From: Bryobacteraceae bacterium | Lineage (GTDB): Bacteria > Acidobacteriota > Terriglobia > Bryobacterales > Bryobacteraceae | Length of the DNA: 64,000 bases | Assembly: GCA_035552315.1 (NCBI GenBank) | Contig: DASZLO010000103.1 | Location: 4,255 to 68,254, forward strand | Direction of reading: 5' to 3' | In this document: one piece after another, positions 1-9,139 of the stretch | How positions within the stretch are numbered: position 1 is the first letter of the stretch | Layout of the letters: every line of letters starts with the position of its first letter | Notes under the pieces: model-generated | Seen by the model: only the letters and a program-made list of their open reading frames with translations | What the model was told of the DNA's origin: nothing | Databases searched by the model: none | Made by a program: the position numbers and the translations under genes

Positions 1-1886
1 ACTCCCTGTTCAAACACCCACGATTTCAGATTCTGCTGCCAGCGCGCGCTGGTGGCGCTGATCTCTTTGACGAGATGGAAACTGGACGGGTCAAGCTCCC
101 AGACATAGGGTTCCACCATCAGCTTTTCGGTGGCATCGAAGTATTTGAAGTAATAGACCCGGTAGTCGTGAATCACCCACTTCCGCTCCGGGTGAAGATA
201 GGTCTGGACGGGCCGTCCTTTGATTTCGTTATGAATCCCGTCCTGTATCTGGTTGGCCTCGGGAAGCCAGAGATAGCCGAAGGCAAACAGACCGGCGCTG
301 AGCAAGGCGCTCATCAGCAGCACGGGCAGCCCGAGACGCCGCACGCTGATGCCGCAGGCTTTGAACGCGGTCACTTCGTTGTTCTTCGTCATCACCCCGA
401 AGGTAACCAGGATCGCCAGCAGAACGCTTTCCGGCGCGGTGTCATAGATCAGTTCGGGGGTCAGGAAAAAATGGAACTTCAGGACCCGCAGCATCGGGAT
501 ATTGTTCTTGACCACATCGCTCAGAATGTCGAAGAACGTGAAGACCTGGACCATGGTCACCCAGCCGGCCAGCCAGATGACGAAGTAAAAGAGGAAATTC
601 GAAAGTACGTAACTGTCCAGGATCTGGAAAATCGAAAAGCGCATGCCGCCCGCGCCGGCAAACTCGCCGCTCCGCGAAATGCGGCCTGCCATGCGCCTTG
701 CCGCAGAAGAGATCCCGCCGGTGATGGAAGCCAGAAGATTACCGAAAAAATCACGGTCGCCCGGCCTCTCCATGAACAGCATCAATACGATGCCGGCGAC
801 GCCGAACACCACATTGGGCAGCCACGATGCCAGCCCCACTCCTATGGTCCGGGAACGCGCCAGGCTGGTCAGCGTGATGTAGGCGACGTAGTAACAGAAG
901 AATGCAAGAAAGATGGCCCACACATAGCCGGCGGAGCGTCCCCCTTTGCGCGAAGAGGTTCCCAGCGGGATGCCGACCATCGCCAGCATGAGACACGCGA
1001 AGGGAAGCGCAAACCGGCGATGCAGTTCAATGCGGGCATCGATGTCGTCTTTGGGATCCTTCGGCTTGGCACGCACCGCGGCAACGAGCTGCTGCGTGAA
1101 CATGTCCTGATATTTTCGGGACTGCTGGTCCTGTTGCTGCTGGGGATTGGGCTGGAGCGCGGTGGCTCCCGAGGGCGCCGTGGAGTGGTAGGGCGCGTCG
1201 TGAAATCCGTAATCGCGGAAAGTCAGCTGGAGCCGGTTGTGTTTGGTGTCGGGCACTGCCAGCGCTTCTTTGGCCACCGTGACCGCCGGACCGGTAGGCG
1301 TTTCCTTCAGACCGGTCTTGCGCTGCGCGGGGGGAGTGAGATCCGCGATGAAGACCCGGTCCCAGACCGTGACCTGGCCTGCGTCAGACTTTACGTCGTC
1401 CACATAGAGGACCGTATTGTCATTGGTGAACTGGTCTTCGAAGACGCCGCGCTCCACATCGGCGGTCAATTGCGAAGCCAGCAGGCGTGCCGTGATTCTT
1501 GCTTCGGCGCGAATTGCCAGAGGATTCAGCCACAGCGAGCAGGCCCCGCAAACCAGCATCGAGAGAAACGCGAAGACCAGTACAGGCGCCACAACGATTC
1601 GGGTGGAGACGCCGGCCGAGCGCATGGCCACCATTTCGTTATCGCTCGAAAGCCGGCCGAGGCCGACCAGGATACCCACCAGCACGCCAAACGGAATGCT
1701 GAGAACCAGAATGGGCGGAAGGAGCAGTGCGACGAGCTCGAGTACAACCGGTCCTTTCGCGGACCGGATCATGATCTCAAATACGCGCCCGATCAGGCGC
1801 AGAAAAATGATGAATGTGGCGAGGCCGGTGGCGAGAAAAGCACTGGGGAGAACCTCCCGGAAAACGTAACGGCTGAGAATCTTCAT
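1..1886 (-). CDS. Fused LptF-LptG-type LPS export permease (YjgP/YjgQ family); 3' end lies outside the window
   Basis: Absent from the ORF track because it has no stop inside the window. Hand translation of the minus strand from ATG 1886-1884 stays open for 628 codons down to nt 3. The N-terminus MKILSRYVFREVLPSAFLATGLATFIIFL and a second module from Met415 (MRFSIFQILDSYVLSNFLFYFVIW) both resemble YjgP/YjgQ N-termini. Many hydrophobic helices. The ATG overlaps the upstream stop (ATGA, 1883-1886). Confidence 0.8.
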   Translation of the reverse strand, partial: MKILSRYVFREVLPSAFLATGLATFIIFLRLIGRVFEIMIRSAKGPVVLELVALLLPPILVLSIPFGVLVGILVGLGRLSSDNEMVAMRSAGVSTRIVVAPVLVFAFLSMLVCGACSLWLNPLAIRAEARITARLLASQLTADVERGVFEDQFTNDNTVLYVDDVKSDAGQVTVWDRVFIADLTPPAQRKTGLKETPTGPAVTVAKEALAVPDTKHNRLQLTFRDYGFHDAPYHSTAPSGATALQPNPQQQQDQQSRKYQDMFTQQLVAAVRAKPKDPKDDIDARIELHRRFALPFACLMLAMVGIPLGTSSRKGGRSAGYVWAIFLAFFCYYVAYITLTSLARSRTIGVGLASWLPNVVFGVAGIVLMLFMERPGDRDFFGNLLASITGGISSAARRMAGRISRSGEFAGAGGMRFSIFQILDSYVLSNFLFYFVIWLAGWVTMVQVFTFFDILSDVVKNNIPMLRVLKFHFFLTPELIYDTAPESVLLAILVTFGVMTKNNEVTAFKACGISVRRLGLPVLLMSALLSAGLFAFGYLWLPEANQIQDGIHNEIKGRPVQTYLHPERKWVIHDYRVYYFKYFDATEKLMVEPYVWELDPSSFHLVKEISATSARWQQNLKSWVFEQG

Positions 1887-3625
1887 CGAGCCGAAGCGGT
1901 CTGGATTCCGGTGAGCGGCGAAGGCACGATGGGGAGCTTGGGCAGCTCGTCGTCAACCTTCGACATCTCCAGATCGTCAATCAGCACAGAAGGCGCAACC
2001 ACGCTGACTTCGGCCGAGCTTCCGCCGAAGCCGAGCAGGGCAAACGGCGCGCCGTTTTCGAGATAGTTAAACGTGACCTTGTCATCGCCGGCCGCCAGAA
2101 TATCTTTCAGCGAACGTGCGTTGATGCCGCGGAAACGCTCGCCGCGCACCAGTTCTTCATGCCCGTCGAGATAGAGCCGGTAGGTGTAAAGAGGCATGCT
2201 GACGGGGTGTCCGGAACCGCCGGCGCCCGAGAGCAGCTTGCGCGCTTCATCCAGAGACGCCGAGGAAGGGAAGTCCATTTTGCGGACGATGATCCCGTAG
2301 GGCAGGCCCCTCTGCTGGCACAGGTCGATCAGTTTTTTCTTGAGTTCGTCGATGGTACTGGTTTCCGTCGCGTGAATCATCAGGTTGGTGGGAACCGGCG
2401 TGCTTGCGCCATAGTTTCCCGCGAGGCGCGCACGGCCGTTCGAATCGCTGTAGCCGCGGACCGGCAGCCGGGTGCGCAGGAAATCCTTCAGGACTCCCTT
2501 TTCAACCAGGCTGAGGGCTTTTCCGGGAACGCCTTCGTCATCCGCTTCCTCGTGTCCGAACAAGGGCTGTGCCGGATCGTCGGTGACGTCGAAAAACTCG
2601 GGCATGATGCGCACGCCGCGACGGCCTTCCAGATCGGTGGTGGCTGTCTGGCTGGGAGCGCCAGGCGCCGAAACGGGCTTGCGGGAAATATGCAGATTGC
2701 GTCCGAGAACTTCAGCCATGAGCTGGGCCGAAGCCACTCCCTCGAACAAGACCGGACCTGTGTAGTTGTCGCCGATGGGGGCCGCAGCCAGTTTCACGAC
2801 CTGCTCGCCGATCTGGCGGGCGGATTTCGTCAGGTCCGCTTCGGAGAACATGTTGCGGATGTCATGGGTATAGAAAACGCCGACATCGCGCACGATCATG
2901 CCGTCGGGCGCCTGCGCGGTCGCGCGAAGCTCCACCAGTCCGGCGGTTTCGGGCAAACGGATCTGCGTGCCTTCCGAGTTGATGAACCGGTGCAGGGCAT
3001 CGATGGCGGTAAATTCGGCGCTGGACGTGCGAAGCGTGGGGAACTCTGTAAAGACAGCCGAGATGCGCCGCGTCTTTTCGGCCCAGCCCGGCTGATCGAA
3101 CTTCACGGGCGCGTAGTCTTCGATGCGCACGAAGGCCGGTGCCGCCGCGAAATCCGCCATTTGATCCGTCACGGTGACGCTTTTCAGCGCTGCGCGCTTG
3201 CGCGCGATGGATTGCAGGGAACCTTTGAAAATGGAGTCGGTCGCCAGCCACAAATACTGGCGAACCACCAGGGGATCGTCTTCCAGGGGGAAACTGCGCA
3301 GATCGTAGCGGGGTCCGCTGGCATTCGCGCCGGTCCAGTTCGTGTTGTCGAATTTATAATCGCCCACCCGGACACGAACGCCGGGAATCCGGTATTCGCC
3401 GGAGTTTGAACTGAGCAGGCCGCCGAGAGTCGCGCTGGCCGAATAGCTGTGCTCGTCATCCACCGAATAGGTGATGTAATATGGCCGGTCAAGCTGATTC
3501 AGCGAGAGAGTCATGGACCGTTTCATCTCCGCCTGCATGGCGTTGAATACGGCATCGGGCTCTGCGGCGCGCGCTCCCAACGGAGCCAGAGAACAAACAA
3601 GCAGGACGGTCGCGGTCAATTTCAC
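1883..3625 (-). CDS. Exported PmbA/TldE-like protein (TldD/PmbA family), no HExxxH motif
   Basis: 580-aa ORF with GTG start. Signal peptide MKLTATVLLVCSLAPLGARAAEP. Family-like overall composition and length. No metal-binding HExxxH. GTGA overlap with the upstream gene and ATGA overlap with the downstream gene. Confidence 0.7.
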   Translation of the reverse strand: MKLTATVLLVCSLAPLGARAAEPDAVFNAMQAEMKRSMTLSLNQLDRPYYITYSVDDEHSYSASATLGGLLSSNSGEYRIPGVRVRVGDYKFDNTNWTGANASGPRYDLRSFPLEDDPLVVRQYLWLATDSIFKGSLQSIARKRAALKSVTVTDQMADFAAAPAFVRIEDYAPVKFDQPGWAEKTRRISAVFTEFPTLRTSSAEFTAIDALHRFINSEGTQIRLPETAGLVELRATAQAPDGMIVRDVGVFYTHDIRNMFSEADLTKSARQIGEQVVKLAAAPIGDNYTGPVLFEGVASAQLMAEVLGRNLHISRKPVSAPGAPSQTATTDLEGRRGVRIMPEFFDVTDDPAQPLFGHEEADDEGVPGKALSLVEKGVLKDFLRTRLPVRGYSDSNGRARLAGNYGASTPVPTNLMIHATETSTIDELKKKLIDLCQQRGLPYGIIVRKMDFPSSASLDEARKLLSGAGGSGHPVSMPLYTYRLYLDGHEELVRGERFRGINARSLKDILAAGDDKVTFNYLENGAPFALLGFGGSSAEVSVVAPSVLIDDLEMSKVDDELPKLPIVPSPLTGIQTASAR

Positions 3626-5313
3626 CGGGTGCCTTCCTTTAATGGCGATTCGAGCAAAGGCAGCAGATCGTGGGCCTGATCTTTCTTCTGAATTTCAACT
3701 TCGGAAATCAGGATGGCGGGGGAAACGGCTGAAACCGGTACGCTGCCCGATTCCGCGCCGCAATAACCGTTGAAGACTTCCGGCTTGTCGGACGTGGCCA
3801 GAATCTTGGCGAAGCTGGCGAGCGGGGTGCCCACGATGTCCGCTCCCCGGATCAACTGGTCCGGACGTCCATCGGCGTAGACCCGATAGACGATCACCGG
3901 CACAACGGAGAAGGCCTGCAGGCCGGAGCGGCCGGTGGTGGTAAAGCCGCTGCTGATGTCTTCGAAGTAAAGGCCGTAAGGTTTGTTCTGTTTTTTGATC
4001 TCATCGACCAGCATCTGGCGCAGCTTTTGATCGCTGACCGAGCGCGTGCTGGAGACGAGAAGATTCGACTGCCGGGAGACGACCTCAAGCCCGGGCTGAC
4101 GGCGTCCGTGGCCGTTGGAATGATCGAAGCCTTCGATGGGAGAACGCGACATCAGGAAGTTGCGCAGGATGCCATTCTCGACCGCTTTGACGGGCCGCCC
4201 TTTGACGCCTTCATCGTCGTATTCGAAAGTACCGTTCAGGTCGATGCCGGCCACCTGTTTGAGGGTGGGATCGAAAGTGACGGACAGAAAGTCGGGCAGA
4301 ATTTTTTCGCCGACGCTCTTGGTGAAAGTCTGGCCTTCGGATTCGTCTTTCTGGCGATGGCCTTCGATGCGGTGCCCGAAGATTTCATGGAAAAAGACGC
4401 CCGAAGCCCGGCCGGAGAAGATCGCGGGGCCAACGAAAGGTTCGGCGGAGGGCGCCACCATCAGCGCTTCGACGTGATCGCCTACTTTTTTTACCGCCGC
4501 CGCGAGAGCCTCTTTGGATGGAAGGTTTTTCGGATCTGCCGCGTCGAAATATTCGTAATCGGAAACGTCCATGCCGTCTTTTGTCTTGGCGCTGGCGGAA
4601 ATGGTGACGCGCGAAAAGTCACGGCCGTGCTGGACGTTCGTTCCCTCGGTGTTCACGAAGTACCGATTGTCGGATTGAACGCTGACTTCCACGCCGGACG
4701 ACAGCAGATCCGGATACTTCAGAAAATTGCGGGACAGGCTCCGTACATCTTCGTTCCATCGTTTCGCATCGAGCGCGACTGTGGAAGGCGGTTCCCAGTG
4801 CGCGTAGCTCTCTTCGCTGGAGAAGTCGCTGGACTTGTCGCGATCGGCGGCCTTCACCTGCTGATTGGTCTTGATCTTGATCAGACGCTCGGCAGCGGCG
4901 CGATAAACGCGGTCCGTTTCCAGCCACATTCTTTCTTTCAGAGCACTTGGCGAATCGTCAATCGCAACCGCCGTGCCTGAGGTGAAACGGATGTTCTCGC
5001 CCCGCACCCGCCGGTAGTTGTCCAGTTGCGGGTCACCCACCCGCACCGATACATCGAGATAGCGGTTCTTCGCAGTGCCTTTGCTGTTGAGCACACCGAG
5101 ACTGGCGCCGACCTCGCTGGTCTGCTGTTCAGTGATTTCATACGACATGAAATAGGGAGGCGGATCGGCCTTCTGTTTCAGAGCCTGGAAGTTGCGCTGC
5201 AACTCCTCAGTCATCGTATTGAGGACTACGTGATCCTCCGCCCCGAAGGCCGTGGCGGAAACGGCCAGCAACGCTGCAGTTTGCAGGATTTTCACAAGCT
5301 TTGACGATAACAT
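3622..5313 (-). CDS. Exported TldD-like zinc metallopeptidase
   Basis: Track ORF is 3622..5451. I prefer ATG 5313 (Met47) because it exposes a signal peptide, MLSSKLVKILQTAALLAVSATAFGAEDH. HEIFGHRIEGH contains the TldD-type HExxxH motif. Confidence 0.8.
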   Translation of the reverse strand: MLSSKLVKILQTAALLAVSATAFGAEDHVVLNTMTEELQRNFQALKQKADPPPYFMSYEITEQQTSEVGASLGVLNSKGTAKNRYLDVSVRVGDPQLDNYRRVRGENIRFTSGTAVAIDDSPSALKERMWLETDRVYRAAAERLIKIKTNQQVKAADRDKSSDFSSEESYAHWEPPSTVALDAKRWNEDVRSLSRNFLKYPDLLSSGVEVSVQSDNRYFVNTEGTNVQHGRDFSRVTISASAKTKDGMDVSDYEYFDAADPKNLPSKEALAAAVKKVGDHVEALMVAPSAEPFVGPAIFSGRASGVFFHEIFGHRIEGHRQKDESEGQTFTKSVGEKILPDFLSVTFDPTLKQVAGIDLNGTFEYDDEGVKGRPVKAVENGILRNFLMSRSPIEGFDHSNGHGRRQPGLEVVSRQSNLLVSSTRSVSDQKLRQMLVDEIKKQNKPYGLYFEDISSGFTTTGRSGLQAFSVVPVIVYRVYADGRPDQLIRGADIVGTPLASFAKILATSDKPEVFNGYCGAESGSVPVSAVSPAILISEVEIQKKDQAHDLLPLLESPLKEGTR

Positions 5314-5451
5314 GAAATGGAATTCGTCCTCCTGGCGCGATGGCCCGGACATTGTGTAGATGTCAACCATGGGGCTATGGTTACTACGAACGTGGACTTC
5401 GGGCGGATCGTCGAAACTGGTAAACCCAAAGCTGGTAAAATCGGACTTCAC

Positions 5452-6177
5452 ATGCCATCGCGGGTTTCGATTTTTGTTACCTGCATCGTCGACCAGCTAT
5501 TTCCCGAGGCCGGAATGGCCATGGCCACGGTGCTGGAACGGCTTGGTTTTCGGGTTGATTTTCCGGTTGCGCAAACCTGCTGCGGGCAGCCAGCCTTCAA
5601 TTCCGGATATCTCGCGGAGGCGCGCGCGGTGGCCTGCCACACCCTCTCGGCACTGGAAGATTGTGAATATGTGGTGGTGCCTTCCGGATCCTGTACGGCA
5701 ATGATTTCCCATCACTATGCAGGACTGATGGAAGCCGGTTCGCCGGAACACGCCGCTGCCCAAAAACTTGCCGCCCGGACGTATGAGTTTTCGCGCTTTC
5801 TGACTGAAGTGGCTGAGGTGGAAGATGTTGGGGCGCGGTTCGACGGCATCGCCACTTATCACGATTCCTGCCATGCGCTGCGCGAGTTGAAAATTAAGGA
5901 CGCGCCGCGCCGGCTGCTGGCGCAGGTACGCGGCCTCGAACTGCGGGAAATGGATACGGCCGAAGAATGCTGCGGGTTTGGCGGCACATTTTCGGTCAAG
6001 TTCGCGGGAGTTTCGGGCGGCATGGCGCGCAGCAAGATCGATTCGATTCTCCGCACCGGCGCCCAGACGGTGGTGTCGATCGATTCCAGTTGTCTGATGC
6101 AGCTGCAAGGCGCGATCACGCGGGCCGGCCTGCCCATCCGGACCATGCATCTGGCGGAAGTGCTGGCCAGCCGATGA
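5452..6177 (+). CDS. lutA: Lactate utilization protein A (Fe-S oxidoreductase with CCG domains)
   Basis: Track ORF is 5317..6177; start moved to ATG 5452 (MPSRVSIFVTCIVDQLF). Two cysteine-rich CCG motifs (PVAQTCCGQPAFNSGY and EECCGFGGTF). Followed by lutB and lutC. Confidence 0.85.
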   Translation: MPSRVSIFVTCIVDQLFPEAGMAMATVLERLGFRVDFPVAQTCCGQPAFNSGYLAEARAVACHTLSALEDCEYVVVPSGSCTAMISHHYAGLMEAGSPEHAAAQKLAARTYEFSRFLTEVAEVEDVGARFDGIATYHDSCHALRELKIKDAPRRLLAQVRGLELREMDTAEECCGFGGTFSVKFAGVSGGMARSKIDSILRTGAQTVVSIDSSCLMQLQGAITRAGLPIRTMHLAEVLASR

Positions 6178-6192
6178 TTTCCGGGGCATTCT

Positions 6193-7581
6193 ATGCCTGA
6201 AATCTTCGATCAAAAAATCGCTGCCACGCTTGCCGATTCCCGGCTGCAGACGGCGATTTATACGGCCACAAACCGGCTGATCAGCCACCGTAAAGCCGTG
6301 GTTTCCGGCGATGCCCTGCCGGATTACCAGGAACTACGCACGCAGGCGAACGCGATCAAAGCGCACACGATCGAAAATCTGGACTGGTATCTGGAAGAGT
6401 TCGAGCGGAATGTTGTGGATCACGGCGGGCAGGTGCACTGGTGCCGGACGGCTGCCGAGGTTGCCGACACGGTACTCCAAATCGCCCGGCGTCGCGATGC
6501 AAAGCTGATCGTCAAATCGAAGTCGATGACGACCGAGGAGGTCGACCTCAACGAGCGCCTGGAGCACCACGGGCTGCAAAGCGTCGAGAGCGATTTCGGC
6601 GAGTACATCATTCAGCTCTTGCACCAGCGGCCGTACCACATCGTGGCGCCGGCCTTGCATCTGACCCGCTACGATGTGGCGGATTTGTTCGAGAGGGCTC
6701 TCGGGGTTCCGAATGATCCGGTGATTGAAAACCAGTGCCGTACGGCGCGCGGGGTGCTGCGCGAGAAATTTCTTCAGGCCGATATCGGGATCAGCGGCGC
6801 GAATTTTCTGATTGCCGATTCCGGGGCGGTCACGATTGTCGAAAACGAAGGCAACGCCCGGCTTTCGACATCGGCTCCCAGGGTTCACATCGCGATTGCC
6901 GGGATCGAAAAGCTGATTCCGCGCGCGCAGGATCTGGCAACGTTCCTGAAATTGCTGGGCCGCAGCGCCACGGGGCAACCGCTCACGGTCTATACGTCAT
7001 TTCTTTCGGGGCCGCGGCGGGCGGGCGAAATCGATGGGCCGGAAGAATTTCACGTGGTGCTGCTCGATGGCGGACGCACGAAGCTGCTGGCCGATCCGGA
7101 GAAGCGCCAGTCGCTTTACTGCATCCGCTGTGGGGCGTGTTTGAACCACTGCCCGGTCTACCGGAAGATCGGAGGCCACAGTTTTCCGTGGGTGTATTCG
7201 GGGCCGATCGGGGCGATTCTGACACCGCAATTTGTGGGCGTCGAAAATGCGCCGGAGCTGCCGTTCGCCTCCAGCCTGTGCGGCGCATGCGCGGAGGTTT
7301 GTCCGGTGAAGATCGACATTCCGAAGATCCTGCTGGAGTTGCGCGCCGAGGTGAAGACGGCGGAAAAACAGAACGGCGCCAATCAGGTGGAGCGCATGGC
7401 ATTCTCCGGTTTCGCGTATCTGGCGGTGCGGCCAAGGCTCTGGGAGCGGGTGCTGCGGATCGGCAGAAAATTACCCGTTCCGTCAGTGGGTCCGGTCGGG
7501 GCATGGTTGAGCCAAAGGGAATTACCAAAGCCGGCGCCCCGTAGCTTCCGCGAATTGTGGAAGGAACATAAGAAAGCATGA
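6193..7581 (+). CDS. lutB: Lactate utilization protein B (LUD domain plus 4Fe-4S ferredoxin motifs)
   Basis: 462 aa. Two ferredoxin-type motifs, CIRCGACLNHCP and CGACAEVCP. Starts 15 nt after lutA. Confidence 0.9.
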   Translation: MPEIFDQKIAATLADSRLQTAIYTATNRLISHRKAVVSGDALPDYQELRTQANAIKAHTIENLDWYLEEFERNVVDHGGQVHWCRTAAEVADTVLQIARRRDAKLIVKSKSMTTEEVDLNERLEHHGLQSVESDFGEYIIQLLHQRPYHIVAPALHLTRYDVADLFERALGVPNDPVIENQCRTARGVLREKFLQADIGISGANFLIADSGAVTIVENEGNARLSTSAPRVHIAIAGIEKLIPRAQDLATFLKLLGRSATGQPLTVYTSFLSGPRRAGEIDGPEEFHVVLLDGGRTKLLADPEKRQSLYCIRCGACLNHCPVYRKIGGHSFPWVYSGPIGAILTPQFVGVENAPELPFASSLCGACAEVCPVKIDIPKILLELRAEVKTAEKQNGANQVERMAFSGFAYLAVRPRLWERVLRIGRKLPVPSVGPVGAWLSQRELPKPAPRSFRELWKEHKKA

Positions 7582-8225
7582 CATCGCGCGAATCGATTCT
7601 GCGTGATATTCGTCACAATTTGGGGAGAGGACCGCGCACTACTGCGCCAGTGCCGCCTCCCGTGCGTTTGAACGCGGCGGCGATTCCGATCAGCATCCGC
7701 ATCGAGCGCATGCTGGATCGCGTCACGGCGCTGGCCGGAAAGGCCGTTCATGTGAGGACGGCCGCCGAAGCCGCGGAGTACGTCGCGGGCGTCACCGGCG
7801 GTCGTGAGTCGGTGGCTTCGAATGCGGAATTTCTGCGGCAGAGTGGCATCGCCGCGTTGCCTGGCGTGCAGAGCGGCGTGACGGACACTGAACAGCTTCG
7901 CGCGCTCTGCGCCTCCGCCGATTTCGGGATCACCAGCGCCGACTATGCTCTCACGGACACCGGCAGTCTGGTAATGATGGCTAGTCCCGCGGAAGCGCGG
8001 CTGATCTCATTGTTGCCCCCGGCGCATATTGCGGTGGTGCCGGTGGAACGCCTGCTTTCCGGACTGGACGAGTTCTACACGCTGGTGCCGAAGCCTGCCG
8101 ACCGGACCAGTTCAACGGTATTCATCACAGGGCCCAGCCGCACCGCCGATATCGAACAGTTACTGGTGCGGGGAGTGCATGGGCCGGGCGAGATCCATGT
8201 GGTTCTCGTTGGGCCTGCCGGTTAA
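7578..8225 (+). CDS. lutC: Lactate utilization protein C (LUD domain)
   Basis: 215 aa. ATGA start/stop overlap with lutB (7578-7581). Size and position are typical of LutC/YkgG. Confidence 0.8.
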   Translation: MTSRESILRDIRHNLGRGPRTTAPVPPPVRLNAAAIPISIRIERMLDRVTALAGKAVHVRTAAEAAEYVAGVTGGRESVASNAEFLRQSGIAALPGVQSGVTDTEQLRALCASADFGITSADYALTDTGSLVMMASPAEARLISLLPPAHIAVVPVERLLSGLDEFYTLVPKPADRTSSTVFITGPSRTADIEQLLVRGVHGPGEIHVVLVGPAG

Positions 8226-8227
8226 AA

Positions 8228-9136
8228 ATGCGTTGCCTGCTTCTGATTCTGCTCGCCATCCCTGCTTTCGCGCAGGGCCGCCTCTATGTCGCGGACAGTG
8301 GTGAGGACCGCGTCTCCATCGTCGACACTCAGGCCCGCAAGGTGACCGGTGAGATCCGCGTACCGGCCAATCCGGGGGCGATGGCGGCTTCGGAGGACGG
8401 CCTGCGGCTCTATGTGGTCAGCAGTACACGCAACGCAGTGGACGCGATCGACGTCAAAACCGGTAGAGTGGTCCGTAGCATTTCAACCGGACCCTTGCCC
8501 GCCGGAATCGCCGTTTCCTCCGACGGCCGGCGGGCTTTTGTTTGTCTCGCCGGCGGGGACGGAATTGAGGTCTTCGACACCGCGTCCTTCGCCAGAATCA
8601 AAACCATCCCTGCCGGCAAATCCATGCGGAACATCTATTTGACACCCGACCAGACCCGCATGATCGCCACTTCGACGGGGGACAAGAAACTGGTGGTCAT
8701 CAACGCCCGCACCGAACAGGTGGAGTTTGAGATTCCCGTCAGCGGCGTGCCGGGCCAGGTGGCGATCGACTCAGACCGCAACCTGGTGATCGATCGCATT
8801 TTCGTGCAGGTTCCGGGCGGGATTGAGGTGATCGACTACAGGGCGCGCAAAGCCACGAGCAAGATCGCGCTGGCGGGCGCGGCTTCGGGCGGCGGTTTTG
8901 GAATCACCCCCGACCGCAAGGCTCTATGGGCGGATGGCGCGATATTTTCGCTCCCCGATCTTAAGCGGGTTGGTGCTTATACGGGCGGCGACGTGGCCTT
9001 TGCGTCCGGCGGGCGGCGAGCCTTTGTTTCAAATCCCGATGCCGATTCGGTTTCCGTCATCGACATCACGACATTAAAAGAACTGGCGCGCATTCCGGTG
9101 GGCAAGAAGCCGGGCGCGATCGTGGTCCTGCAATAA
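8228..9136 (+). CDS. Exported YVTN/YncE-type beta-propeller repeat protein
   Basis: 302 aa. Signal peptide MRCLLLILLAIPAFAQG. Repeated units of about 40 aa (e.g. LYVADSGEDRVSIVD, LYVVSSTRNAVDAIDVKTG, AFVCLAGGDGIEVFD, AFVSNPDADSVSVIDI). Starts 3 nt after the lutC stop. Confidence 0.75.
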   Translation: MRCLLLILLAIPAFAQGRLYVADSGEDRVSIVDTQARKVTGEIRVPANPGAMAASEDGLRLYVVSSTRNAVDAIDVKTGRVVRSISTGPLPAGIAVSSDGRRAFVCLAGGDGIEVFDTASFARIKTIPAGKSMRNIYLTPDQTRMIATSTGDKKLVVINARTEQVEFEIPVSGVPGQVAIDSDRNLVIDRIFVQVPGGIEVIDYRARKATSKIALAGAASGGGFGITPDRKALWADGAIFSLPDLKRVGAYTGGDVAFASGGRRAFVSNPDADSVSVIDITTLKELARIPVGKKPGAIVVLQ

Positions 9137-9139
9137 AGT

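Noticed and set aside
75-2066. 663-aa plus-strand ORF, the longest track entry at the left edge
   Set aside because: Its Arg/Gly/His/Gln/Asp-rich composition has no hydrophobic or motif structure. The opposite strand encodes a convincing LptF-LptG permease (1..1886) and the end of the PmbA-like gene. This is a typical antisense open frame of a GC-rich genome.
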